In this document: in pieces, positions 8,439 through 17,875 of the stretch | Layout of the letters: each line of letters begins with the position of its first letter | Position numbering within the stretch: the first letter of the stretch is position 1 | Assembly: GCA_937973635.1 (NCBI GenBank) | Contig: CALJJZ010000002.1 | Coordinates: forward strand, 7,550-71,549 | From: an uncultured Bacillota bacterium | GTDB lineage: Bacteria > Bacillota > Dethiobacteria > DTU022 > UBA8154 | Length of the DNA stretch: 64,000 bases | Reading direction: 5' to 3' | Notes under the pieces: model-generated | Told to the model about the DNA's origin: nothing | The model's database searches: none | The model's input: the letters and a program-made list of their open reading frames with translations, nothing else | Translations under genes and position numbers: made by a program

Positions 8439-9376
8439 CCCTTCTTACCCTCCCGGCAGGCTGCCTTTTCCGTCAGATACCTTAAGATGGCAGGGGTAAC
8501 AGCCGTAATACTCCCTTCCCCGGCCAGCAGCTCCACCAGTCGCTGCCGTTTTGGCCCCACCACCAGGGCCGGGACCGGGTTAAGGGTATGGGTTTTGGTG
8601 CTTAAGTCCTCCAGGTTGCCGTGGTCGCTGGTGAGCAGCAGCAGGTCATCGGCACCGAGGTTCTGGGCCAGCGCTCCCAGGAAGACGTCCAGCGTCGCCA
8701 CCGTCTCCGCGGCGAAGGCGCCGTTGCGGTTATGGCCGGCGATGTCAGTTAAAAAATATTCAAAGAGGGTAAAGGAGAAATGCCGGGCGATCCCGGCCAG
8801 CCTCAGCCCCGCCTCCTGGGGAGCAATGAGGGGCAGATCAAAGCCCAGGCGTTTTAAGACGACGTTGGTTATATCCATATAAACGGCTTCTCCCCGGCGC
8901 AGGTCGTCCAGGGAGCGGAAGGTCAGCCCCCCGTAGTAGGTGATCAGCGTAGAGCAGGAATAGTAACCCTGCAAACCGTCCTGCAGCGCGGCAAAGATAT
9001 CGGGGCGGTAAGCATTGGCAAAGGTCCCCTCCAGCAAACGGCGTTTCAGCTGCAGAAAGATGCCGTGTTCGGCCAGGATGCCGCGCAGCTGCCTGTTGGG
9101 GAAGCCGTTTAAGTGGCAGCCGATAATTTGGGCCGCGTTAAAGCCCGTAAAGAGGGCCGTCTGCCCGGTGGCGCTCTGGGGCAACCCCTCCAGCGCCAGG
9201 CCGGCGTCAAGGGCCAGCAGGGTGGCATGTTCGTAATCTTTCCCTGCCGCCTCCCGGGTCAGCTTGTTCCTCCCCAGCAAAGAGGAAAAAAATGGTGTAG
9301 CCGTGGTAAAAAAAGGATTTTTTTGTTCCTCTTCCCCCAGCCCTACACCATCAACAAAGACAAAAATAATGGACAT
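8435..9376 (-). CDS. Alkaline-phosphatase-superfamily metalloenzyme (iPGM/phosphopentomutase-like)
   Basis: FVDGVG, PQSATGQT, TDIAGH and TSDHGN metal-binding motifs; ATGA overlap with the M23 gene. Confidence 0.75.
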   Translation of the reverse strand: MSIIFVFVDGVGLGEEEQKNPFFTTATPFFSSLLGRNKLTREAAGKDYEHATLLALDAGLALEGLPQSATGQTALFTGFNAAQIIGCHLNGFPNRQLRGILAEHGIFLQLKRRLLEGTFANAYRPDIFAALQDGLQGYYSCSTLITYYGGLTFRSLDDLRRGEAVYMDITNVVLKRLGFDLPLIAPQEAGLRLAGIARHFSFTLFEYFLTDIAGHNRNGAFAAETVATLDVFLGALAQNLGADDLLLLTSDHGNLEDLSTKTHTLNPVPALVVGPKRQRLVELLAGEGSITAVTPAILRYLTEKAACREGKKG

Positions 9377-9394
9377 AATCTTTTTTCTCCTATG

Positions 9395-10579
9395 TCACTC
9401 CAGCCGTTCCGGCAGCTTGCCCAGGGTAACGGCAAGGATTAGCTCTTCGGCGCCCCGCATCAGGGTAAGGGTTATCTGCTGCCCTACCCTGGCCTGATAC
9501 AACAGCTCCTGAAAACGGCCACTGTCCCGGACCGGCTGGCCGTTTAGGGCGATAATTACATCCAGGGGAAGGAGCCCCGCCTGGTCAGCCGGGCCTCCTT
9601 TGATTACATCCCGGATGAGCACGCCTTCCTGCACAGAGAGGGCAAAGCGCTGGGCGTCCATGGGCGTAAGGGTGCTCAAGTAGATGCCCAGCCACGGCCG
9701 CTCCACCCTTCCGTGGGCGATAAGATCCCGCGTTATCTCTTTCACCGTATTGGAAGGAATGGCAAAACCCATGCCCTCCACCCCGGGAATTTTAATTTTG
9801 GCCGTATTGATCCCGATAACCTGCCCGTAGATATTGACCAGGGCGCCCCCGCTGTTGCCGTCATTAATGGCCGCATCGGTCTGGATGAAAGTAAATTTTT
9901 GCCCCTGGATGGTAATGGAACGCTCCCGGGCGCTGACCACACCCAGGGTAACTGTCTGCTGAAAATCCAGGCCCAGGGGGTTACCGATGGCAATGGCCGG
10001 CTCTCCCACCCGCAGGTAGTCCGAGTTTGCCAGCACGGCGGCCGGTAGCCCTCTCTTCTCCACCTTAAGCACGGCCAGGTCGGTGGGGGAATCGGCGCCC
10101 ACCACCCGGGCCGGCAGCTCCTCGCCTTCGCTCAAGGTAACGATCAGCTCCCGGGCATTTTCAATCACATGGTAATTGGTAACGATATACCCCTCGCTGT
10201 CGATAATCACGCCGGACCCGGTGGCCCGTTCCTGCAAGCTGCTGCGCCCCCAAAAATCAATGACCACCCCGAAGTTGCTGATGCCCACAACGGAGGGAGT
10301 GACTTCTTCCGCCGCCTTGACCACAGCCATATAGTAGGCGTGCACTTCCGGGGTTACCTCTAAAATCTGCCTGGGGCGGTTTTGTTCCAGGCCGGGCAAA
10401 GGGACGGCCCTATCGTTACTCTCTACCCCCTGGGGCAGGACGTTGCCGGCCAGGTAAAAGAAGAGCGTGGCCACCAGCAGGCCGCCTACCAGCAAGCCTA
10501 AAAATATGCCTTTCCAGAACTGTGTTCTCCGGGATGGTCCGGGAGAGGGCATCTCATAAAAATGGTGCATTTTCCTCAC
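9395..10579 (-). CDS. htrA: HtrA/DegP-family serine protease with PDZ domain
   Basis: TM segment, TNYHV, TDLAVL, TDAAINDGNSGG and a C-terminal PDZ. Confidence 0.9.
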   Translation of the reverse strand: MRKMHHFYEMPSPGPSRRTQFWKGIFLGLLVGGLLVATLFFYLAGNVLPQGVESNDRAVPLPGLEQNRPRQILEVTPEVHAYYMAVVKAAEEVTPSVVGISNFGVVIDFWGRSSLQERATGSGVIIDSEGYIVTNYHVIENARELIVTLSEGEELPARVVGADSPTDLAVLKVEKRGLPAAVLANSDYLRVGEPAIAIGNPLGLDFQQTVTLGVVSARERSITIQGQKFTFIQTDAAINDGNSGGALVNIYGQVIGINTAKIKIPGVEGMGFAIPSNTVKEITRDLIAHGRVERPWLGIYLSTLTPMDAQRFALSVQEGVLIRDVIKGGPADQAGLLPLDVIIALNGQPVRDSGRFQELLYQARVGQQITLTLMRGAEELILAVTLGKLPERLE

Positions 10580-11205
10580 CTCTGTTGAAAAATATGGCAG
10601 CTGTCGTTAAAAAGTTTTAAACGCCGTCTTCCCCCAAAGCTCCCCTGCAAAATAGTCAGGGAAGCGGGAGAAAGGGGAAAAGTCCAGCCCCGCCGCTTGT
10701 CATGGCCCAGAAAGTGTATGATCAGGGCCTGCAGGAACCTGCCGTGGCTTACAACCAGGACAGGATGTTTCATCCGCCCCTTTTGCTCCAGGGCCGCCAG
10801 CAGGCGGCAAAACCTGTCAACCCGCCGGAAAAGTTTATCCAGGCCCTCGGCACCGGGGATTTCCGCCTGGTGAAAATCCTCCTGCAGCTGTTGCAGCAGG
10901 GCCGGATAGCGCTCGCCGATCTCCCGCCTGGTTAAACCCTGGAGAACACCCCAGTTATATTCTTCCAGGAGCAGCGTATAAAGGGGCGGCGGCGCCTGCA
11001 CCGTCCGGGCCAGCAGTCTGGCCGTCTGGCGGGCGCGCAGGCTGCTGCTGCAGAAAATATAAGCGTACTTTTGCCCTTTTAAGCGCCCGGCCAGCAAAAG
11101 GGCTTCTTTCCTGCCTTCCGGGCCAAGGGGGAAAGGCAGAGTCCCCTGGAGCCTTCCTTCCAGGTTGGCCCTGGTCGTACCATGCCTTACCAGCCATAAT
11201 TCCAT
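10576..11205 (-). CDS. Histidine phosphatase family protein
   Basis: LVRHGTT, SSSLRARQTA and VVSHG motifs; 4-bp overlap with htrA. Confidence 0.85.
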   Translation of the reverse strand: MELWLVRHGTTRANLEGRLQGTLPFPLGPEGRKEALLLAGRLKGQKYAYIFCSSSLRARQTARLLARTVQAPPPLYTLLLEEYNWGVLQGLTRREIGERYPALLQQLQEDFHQAEIPGAEGLDKLFRRVDRFCRLLAALEQKGRMKHPVLVVSHGRFLQALIIHFLGHDKRRGWTFPLSPASLTILQGSFGGRRRLKLFNDSCHIFQQR

Positions 11206-11259
11206 TAAATTCGCCTTCTAATCCCGGGCTAAGAGCTATTTCCCCTTGATCCTACAAAA

Positions 11260-11275
11260 TATTTCCCGGGAAATA
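11260..11275. promoter_or_regulatory. Noc-binding site (NBS)
   Basis: TATTTCCCGGGAAATA, identical to the B. subtilis NBS consensus, inside a 20-bp palindrome at 11258-11277. Confidence 0.8.
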
Positions 11276-12544
11276 TTATTGCTGCCCTGTTTCCAGGCGC
11301 TGCACGCAGACCCCCACCTCTTGAAACCGCTCCTCGATCTTCTCATAACCCCTGTCAATATAGGCGATATTGTTGACAATTGTATCACCGGAGGCGATGA
11401 GGCCGGCAATAATAAAGGCTGCGCCGCCCCGCAGATCCATGGCCCGCAGGGGGGCGGAGGAGAGAGGCCGTCCCCCGTTGATAATGGCCGTCCGTCCCTC
11501 CAGGGTAATCATGGCGCCCATTTTGCGCAACTCGTCAATATGGCGAAAACGGCGTTCAAAGACATTTTCCGTAATCAGGCTGATCCCCGGTGCCTTCAGC
11601 AAAAGGACCATCATGTGCGGCTGCAGGTCTGTGGGAAAACCGGGGTAGGGAAAGGTCTTGACATCGCAGGCAGCAAGACCATTGCTGCCCCTGACGCCGA
11701 TATAATCGGGACCCAGCTCTACTTCGGCCCCCACTTCCTTGAGCTTGGCCGTAACCGGCTCCAGGTGCCTGGGGATCACATCGGCCACGATCAGCTCGCC
11801 GCCCGTGGCGGCGGCGGCGATCATAAACGTCCCCGCTTCAATGCGATCGGGAATGACGCTGTGCTCGGCGCCGTGCAGTTCCCGGACCCCCTGGATTTTG
11901 ATCACATCGGTGCCCGCCCCCCTGATCTGGGCCCCCATGGCATTGAGAAAATTGGCCACGTCCACGATCTCCGGTTCCCTGGCAGCGTTTTCGATCACCG
12001 TTCTTCCTTCCGCTTTCACCGCCGCCAGCATAATATTAATGGTGGCGCCCACACTGACCACGTCCAGGTAAATATGGGCGCCCTTCAGGGCTTTGGCCTT
12101 TACCTTCACCAGGCCATGCTCCACCTCCACCTCGGCCCCCATGGCTGTAAACCCCTTGATATGCTGGTCAATGGGTCGGGGGCCCAGATCACAGCCGCCC
12201 GGCATGGGGATCTCCACGCGCCCAAACCGCCCCAGCAGGCTGCCCATGAGGTAATACGAAGCGCGCAGCTTGTTCACCAGCGTTTCCGGAGGGATAAAGC
12301 TGTCCACGTTGGCTCCGTCAATGATGAGGCTGCGCCCACCCGCGAAGGAAACAACGGCACCCAGCGCCCTCATGATCTCCAGTAAAATATTAATATCGGT
12401 GATCCGCGGCAGGTTGTCAATCTTTACCTTTTCCTCGGTGAGCAGCGCCGCCGGCAAGAGGGCAACGGCTGAATTCTTTGCTCCGTTAATCGTGATCCTG
12501 CCTTTTACCGTTTGTTCCCCTTTGACTAAAAAATAAGCAGCCAA
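11276..12544 (-). CDS. murA: UDP-N-acetylglucosamine 1-carboxyvinyltransferase
   Basis: GAKNSA, LRASYY, PGGCDLGPRPID (active-site Cys) and PYPGFPTD; TTG start after GAGGAGG. Confidence 0.95.
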   Translation of the reverse strand: MAAYFLVKGEQTVKGRITINGAKNSAVALLPAALLTEEKVKIDNLPRITDINILLEIMRALGAVVSFAGGRSLIIDGANVDSFIPPETLVNKLRASYYLMGSLLGRFGRVEIPMPGGCDLGPRPIDQHIKGFTAMGAEVEVEHGLVKVKAKALKGAHIYLDVVSVGATINIMLAAVKAEGRTVIENAAREPEIVDVANFLNAMGAQIRGAGTDVIKIQGVRELHGAEHSVIPDRIEAGTFMIAAAATGGELIVADVIPRHLEPVTAKLKEVGAEVELGPDYIGVRGSNGLAACDVKTFPYPGFPTDLQPHMMVLLLKAPGISLITENVFERRFRHIDELRKMGAMITLEGRTAIINGGRPLSSAPLRAMDLRGGAAFIIAGLIASGDTIVNNIAYIDRGYEKIEERFQEVGVCVQRLETGQQ

Positions 12545-12592
12545 GCCTGAGCTTCCCTCCTCTATCTCCACCAAAGATAAAACCACGTTTTT

Positions 12593-13471
12593 TTAGTTTT
12601 CCAAGTACCCGGTAAAAGCATTAATATAATATATTTCTCCATTGCTCAGGCGAATCCTCCATACAGGGGCAATTTCCCAGCGCTGGGCATCGTACTCTTT
12701 ACTGTAATAACCCAGGCCAAAATCGATGATGGCTGCAGGAAATTCCTGCTTTGCCGTATATGCTTCCAGAAAACGCCACAACGCCGTAGCAGGGGGGATG
12801 ACCTCCCTCTGTTGTTCGGCAAAACCAAGGGGTTCCAAGCGGTAAAGGTCGATATCCCCGTCCGCCCCTTCTCGGTACGTAAACTGCAGATAACCGGCAT
12901 AAAGGGGAAACCCTTCATATTTTTGATAATAACGGAGGATCACCTCCTCGGGGGCTTCAACCTTATAATCATAAACGAAATCACGGAGAAAAGAAATCTC
13001 TTTCGCCATCTCTTCGGCCGCAACTCCGACTTTATCCCTGCTTAACCCCTGCAGAGCCCGCAGAAAAGATAAAGAACCTTCCCCCTTCATTTTAATTTCC
13101 CTCTCTCCCCAAGAATAGACAATGCCCTTGTGCTCATCTTCTTCTATAATATGGAATTCGCTTTCGGACCAGAGGGCTTCGTCTCCCTCCTGTCCCTGCA
13201 GAAACAGCCAGAAATCCCTGGCCACTTCCTCCAGCGCGGGCTGCCAGGGCATTACGACCAGGTGGGCGGCCCGTAGCCCGCCCCGGGGCAGGGACACCTC
13301 CAGGGAGAGGGAGGCTTCCTGCAGGGCGGTTTCCAGGCGGGAGACCTCTTCTCTCTGGCCGAACAGCCCCGGATTGCCGCTGCTTTCCTCCAGCCAGATC
13401 TGGTAGAGCAAAAAGAGGTTAAGGCAAAAAAATGCGGCGATAAGCACAGTTTTTGCCCTGGAGAAATCCAT
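12593..13471 (-). CDS. yycI: WalRK regulatory protein YycI (WalI)
   Basis: MDFSRAKTVLIAAFFCLNLFL N-terminal TM typical of YycI; last wal gene. Confidence 0.8.
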   Translation of the reverse strand: MDFSRAKTVLIAAFFCLNLFLLYQIWLEESSGNPGLFGQREEVSRLETALQEASLSLEVSLPRGGLRAAHLVVMPWQPALEEVARDFWLFLQGQEGDEALWSESEFHIIEEDEHKGIVYSWGEREIKMKGEGSLSFLRALQGLSRDKVGVAAEEMAKEISFLRDFVYDYKVEAPEEVILRYYQKYEGFPLYAGYLQFTYREGADGDIDLYRLEPLGFAEQQREVIPPATALWRFLEAYTAKQEFPAAIIDFGLGYYSKEYDAQRWEIAPVWRIRLSNGEIYYINAFTGYLEN

Positions 13472-13507
13472 GGCCAGCCTCCTTTTCCTTTGAAGCAGGA
13501 TTTTCCT

Positions 13508-15115
13508 TTACAGCGGCTTCAGGGTATACCAGTGCAGGTATACGGGGCCTGTTTCCGCATAATGGACCTTCCAGGCCGGAACAGCGATTAACCCTGCCCC
13601 CGGGCCGTTTCTAAGCAGCCGGTAAACGGGCTCCACGGCCAGGAGCGTAGCCTCTTCCCCGGCAAAGAGAGGGCGGTGCAGGGCAATAACCTGAAAGAGA
13701 GCATGGGTATAGGGGGCAAAAGGCAGGAACACTCCCCTGGCCTCTCCGGCGTAAAGATAAAAATTACGGCGGTAATAAGGCATACCTTTGTCATTAACCA
13801 GCATTTCGCAGCTGCTATCCGTCCGCAGCAGGGGCAGCCCATAAAAATAGCTGCGCCAGAAAAACCTGTAGCCGGCGCTGGTTTTCTCCCGTCTTTCCAG
13901 GAAGGTGCCGGCAGGCCAGCCGCCGTAGAGGCACTGGTTTTCCGCCGCCTGCAAGAGCGCGGAAGCGTAAGAGAGGCGGTTCGGGAAGACCTCCAGGCCC
14001 GGCGCCGTATATTCCAGGGCACCACCGGCATAAAGGCGCAGCCCTTTTTTCCCATCGGTATAATAGATGGCGCCGTCCCGTTCTTCAATACGTCTGGCCA
14101 TGGCCGGATCAAGGAAGAAAGCATGCACCAGGTCTTTGCGGGGCAGGGTCTCCTGAACGAGGGAGATCTCCCTCGCTTCCAGCTTCCCGGGGATATAGAG
14201 CGGCTGCGGCACCGTGATCTGCCATTGCTCCAACACGGGTGCTTCCGTTCCGGAACTCGGTTCCTCTGCGCCATTAAGCTCCAAAGGGGGGTCGCCTGCC
14301 CAGCCAGGTTCCCGGCTTTCCTCTTCGGCCCCGGGCTCCGCTGCCGCGGCGGCTTCCTCCCCACCCGGCGTCTCCTCTTCCCCTTCCTCCCCGCTTCCCT
14401 CCGTGGTCCCCTCCCCTGCGTCGGCTGCGGCCTCCTCTGCCTCCTGTGGCGCCTCCTCTGCCGTCAGGTGCAGAGAGACGGCTGTCTCGCCGCTGCCGTC
14501 AGGGAAAGAGACGATCTGCAGGACAAACTGCTCCGGCAATTTCTCCGCCCTAAGGTTCTGTTGATCCAAAAAGGGGGCAAGGGCTCCTTCCAAAAAATTT
14601 TCTTCCTCGGCCTGTAAACGATATAAGACTTTGTCTTCTCCCACCAGCAGGACATAATGCTCCTCTGCTCCCTTAAGGAGATAAACAGACGAAAGCTCCC
14701 CGGGGAAAGCCCTGCGCCCCCATAAAAAGCTCTCGGGCAGAGGAGGGTTAAAAACAAACTGCAGCGTAAATAATGCCGTTTCCGTTATCTTTGCCAGTTC
14801 CGTTTCTCCTAGCCGCTCCCCCAGCGCCACCGGCAGCTCCCGGCTCAAAAAACGGAAAGAGTCTTTCCAGACGGCCTCCAGCTCCCTTGTCCCCCGGCGA
14901 AAATAATAAATTTCCTGCGCACCCGCCCGCTCCAGGATTGCTTTTGCCGGCGGCAGCAGCAGTTCCGGGGGAGGAAGGGGCGTAAAATAGGCGTATTCAA
15001 AGCGGGGCAGCATCCCTTCTTCCAGGTAGGGGCTGCCAAACCAGATCAGATAGGTAAGGTAGATGCTAAGACCGATCAACCCTACAAGGAGGATCGTTTT
15101 AAAGCGCTCGATCAT
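13508..15115 (-). CDS. yycH: WalRK regulatory protein YycH (WalH) with a long acidic insertion
   Basis: MIERFKTILLVGLIGLSIYLTYLIW N-terminal TM; lies between walK and yycI; start moved to ATG 15115. Confidence 0.75.
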   Translation of the reverse strand: MIERFKTILLVGLIGLSIYLTYLIWFGSPYLEEGMLPRFEYAYFTPLPPPELLLPPAKAILERAGAQEIYYFRRGTRELEAVWKDSFRFLSRELPVALGERLGETELAKITETALFTLQFVFNPPLPESFLWGRRAFPGELSSVYLLKGAEEHYVLLVGEDKVLYRLQAEEENFLEGALAPFLDQQNLRAEKLPEQFVLQIVSFPDGSGETAVSLHLTAEEAPQEAEEAAADAGEGTTEGSGEEGEEETPGGEEAAAAAEPGAEEESREPGWAGDPPLELNGAEEPSSGTEAPVLEQWQITVPQPLYIPGKLEAREISLVQETLPRKDLVHAFFLDPAMARRIEERDGAIYYTDGKKGLRLYAGGALEYTAPGLEVFPNRLSYASALLQAAENQCLYGGWPAGTFLERREKTSAGYRFFWRSYFYGLPLLRTDSSCEMLVNDKGMPYYRRNFYLYAGEARGVFLPFAPYTHALFQVIALHRPLFAGEEATLLAVEPVYRLLRNGPGAGLIAVPAWKVHYAETGPVYLHWYTLKPL

Positions 15116-16949
15116 GCTTCTCTGCCCCCTCTTTTGCAGCTCGGCACTCTCCGTTTTTCTCCCCCGCCGTCTGTTGGAGCAAATAAACGGTGGCCTCCGT
15201 CCCCTCGCCGGGGCTGCTGCGCAGGACAATCTTCCCGCCGTGCCGCTCCACGATCTGCCGGGCAATGGCCAGCCCGAGGCCCGTCCCCCCCGAATCGCGG
15301 GAACGGGCCTTGTCCACGCGGTAAAACCGTTCAAAGACGCGCTCAAGTTCGTCCGAGGGGATCCCGATCCCCGTATCTTTAACGGTAATAAAGATAAACC
15401 CTTCTCCCTCCGAACCCGCCTTTACCGTCACTTCACCCCCGGCCGCCGTATATTTCAGGGCGTTGTCCAAGAGGATCAGCAGCAACTGGACGATCATATT
15501 CCGCTCCAGAGAAGCAAATAATTTCCGCGGGGAAAGGACCTTGCGCAGGCGCAGGCCGCGGGCCGCTCCCTCCGGCGCCACCTGTTCCAGCACTTCATCG
15601 AGCAAAGCATTTATCTCTGTCTCTTCCCTGACCAGGTGCTGGTCCGGGGAGTCAAGGCGCGAGAGGACAAGGAGGTCTTTCACCATTCTCACCATCCGGT
15701 CCGCTTCCTTATCCAGCACTTCAAGGAAGCGGGCCCTTACAGCGGGCCTTTCCTGGGCCCCGTTAAGCAGGGTCTCCAGGTAATTTTTAATCGTCGTCAG
15801 GGGCGTACGCAGCTCGTGTGAAACGTTGGCCACAAATTCCTGCTGCATACGTACATATTTCCTTTCCCTGGTGACGTCATGCAAAACCACAAGCGTCCCC
15901 TTTTGTTCTTCGTTGCCCTCGTAAGGGACGAAATAAACCTGCAGCGTCTGTTCCCGGGGAAAAGAAAGGTGGATCTCCCGGATTGCCGGAGTGGTGCAGA
16001 AAAGGAGCTGACGCAAAGCAAAAGGGGGAAAAAAACCGCCCAGAATAACCTCCCCGGGCAGCCCCAGCTCGCAGGGGCTGCCGCTCTGCTGCAGGAACTC
16101 CCGCGCCGCCGGATTCAGGTGGATGGCTTCCCCCCGGCTGTTAAAAGCAAGGATCCCGTCGTTCATATAATTTAAAATAGCTTCGACCTTATTTTTTTCC
16201 GCCGATATTTCCTGCAGCGTTGCCTGCAGGCGGGCAGCCAGGTAATTAAACATCTTCCCCAGCTCGCCGATCTCGTCCTCGGCGCGCACGGTAATCTGCT
16301 GGGAGAAATCCCCGCCGGCCAGCGCCGCCGCCCGGCGCGTTACTTCCCGGATGGGCCCGGTAATGGTCCGGGTCAGAAGAAACCCTATCACCATGGCTGT
16401 AGCCAGAACAACCAGCCAGCCGCTGAGGAGCATAATCTTGATCTCCCTTAAGGTGACATAGATATGCTCAAAGGAGCTGCGCAAAAAAACAACCCCTACG
16501 ACGACGGGCCCTTCTTTGACGGGCAAAGCCAGGTAATGATAGCGGCCGCCCGTCTGGGGATCCGCCCGTACCGTCTCCACGCGGTTCCCCGTCAAAGCCA
16601 GCAGGATGTCGTCCTGAATCACCCGCCCCCCCAGCAGGGTGGCGGAAAGCTGCCCCGAACCGCCCAGGAGGCGGCCGTGCCGGTCCAGGACGATAATCTC
16701 CGTGCCGGGGCTGCCTTCCCAAAAATCTGCCACCAGCCCCGTAATCTGTTCCGGTTGCTGCTCTTCGTCCAGCAGATAGCGGCGCAGAAAGCTGCCCAGC
16801 AGCTCGGCCTGGGAGTTCTGGCTGGCGGTAAAATTACGCAAATAATAATTTTCCAGCGATTTTACCAGGTAAACCCCGCCCAGCTGCATGGCAAAAAGGA
16901 TGAGCAAGGAGTAAACGATCACGATCTTCCCCTGCATCCCCATGCGCAT
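15099..16949 (-). CDS. walK: Sensor histidine kinase WalK (YycG)
   Basis: Two TMs, HAMP, PAS, FVANVSHELRTPLT H-box, and DTGIGI/FYRVDKARSR/GTGLGL ATPase motifs. Confidence 0.9.
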   Translation of the reverse strand: MRMGMQGKIVIVYSLLILFAMQLGGVYLVKSLENYYLRNFTASQNSQAELLGSFLRRYLLDEEQQPEQITGLVADFWEGSPGTEIIVLDRHGRLLGGSGQLSATLLGGRVIQDDILLALTGNRVETVRADPQTGGRYHYLALPVKEGPVVVGVVFLRSSFEHIYVTLREIKIMLLSGWLVVLATAMVIGFLLTRTITGPIREVTRRAAALAGGDFSQQITVRAEDEIGELGKMFNYLAARLQATLQEISAEKNKVEAILNYMNDGILAFNSRGEAIHLNPAAREFLQQSGSPCELGLPGEVILGGFFPPFALRQLLFCTTPAIREIHLSFPREQTLQVYFVPYEGNEEQKGTLVVLHDVTRERKYVRMQQEFVANVSHELRTPLTTIKNYLETLLNGAQERPAVRARFLEVLDKEADRMVRMVKDLLVLSRLDSPDQHLVREETEINALLDEVLEQVAPEGAARGLRLRKVLSPRKLFASLERNMIVQLLLILLDNALKYTAAGGEVTVKAGSEGEGFIFITVKDTGIGIPSDELERVFERFYRVDKARSRDSGGTGLGLAIARQIVERHGGKIVLRSSPGEGTEATVYLLQQTAGEKNGECRAAKEGAEKHDRAL

Positions 16950-16951
16950 TT

Positions 16952-17638
16952 TTAAGAAGGCCTCCTCAGATAATACCCCGCCCCCCGCCTGGTGCAGAGG
17001 TAGCGGGGGTTGCCGGGATCGTCCTCAATTTTTTCCCGCAGGCGCCGTACTGTTACGTCTACCGTACGCTCATCCCCAAAATAATCATAGCCCCAGACTT
17101 CCTGTAAAAGCTTTTCCCGGCTAAAGACATATCCGGCATGGCTCATGAGAAAAGCCAGCATTTTAAACTCCCGGTAGGTAAGCTCGATGACCCGTTCGCC
17201 CTTTTTACACTCCATCCTGGCGGAGTCAAGGGAGAGCTCGCCGCAGGAGAGCACAGCCGTATCTTTCTCCTGCATTTTTACCCGCCGTAAAGCCGCCCTG
17301 ACCCGGGCCAGCAGCTCGCGCATACTGAAAGGCTTGGTGACGTAATCATCGGCCCCGAGCTCCAGGCCGAGGACCTTGTCCACCTCTGTTTCCTTGGCCG
17401 TGAGCATAATGATGGGGACATCCATTTTCTCCCTGATTTTCCGGCAAAGGGTGAAGCCGTCGATGTACGGCAGCATGATATCGAGGAGGATGAGGTCCGG
17501 CTGCTCGCTAAAGGCAAGGCGCAGGGCTTCCTCCCCTTCATAGGCAAGAAGGACATGAAAACCCTCCTCTTCCAGGTTATACTGCAGTATTTCGGCGATT
17601 GGTTTTTCGTCGTCCACGACCAGGATTTTGGGCGCCAA
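16952..17638 (-). CDS. walR: Response regulator WalR (YycF)
   Basis: ILVVDDEKPIA, LLDIMLP and YVTKPFS; recognition helix RTVDVTVRRLREKIE matches B. subtilis WalR as I recall it; TTG start. Confidence 0.92.
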   Translation of the reverse strand: MAPKILVVDDEKPIAEILQYNLEEEGFHVLLAYEGEEALRLAFSEQPDLILLDIMLPYIDGFTLCRKIREKMDVPIIMLTAKETEVDKVLGLELGADDYVTKPFSMRELLARVRAALRRVKMQEKDTAVLSCGELSLDSARMECKKGERVIELTYREFKMLAFLMSHAGYVFSREKLLQEVWGYDYFGDERTVDVTVRRLREKIEDDPGNPRYLCTRRGAGYYLRRPS

Positions 17639-17786
17639 CCCTTTACCCCCCTTACCTTTTATATTCTTTTTGCCGGAGGAGATCTCCTGCCTCCTTCTTA
17701 CAGACAAAAAAAAGTGACCCAAAGGCCACTGTAAATAAAATATATTTTAAGAGGGGGTCAACTTGCTTTTACTTTAACAGGCAATT

Positions 17787-17825
17787 GTTACAGTATTATT
17801 ACAGAAATTTTATATTTTCATTACA
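17787..17825 (-). promoter_or_regulatory. Phased WalR-box array upstream of walR
   Basis: Minus strand TGTAAT-GAAAA-TATAAA-ATTTC-TGTAAT-AATAC-TGTAAC; the last pair is a perfect TGTWAH-N5-TGTWAH. Confidence 0.7.
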
Positions 17826-17875
17826 TCATCATCTTTTTTTGCAGCTACAGGGCGTACCTGCAGCCGTCGGGCTGC

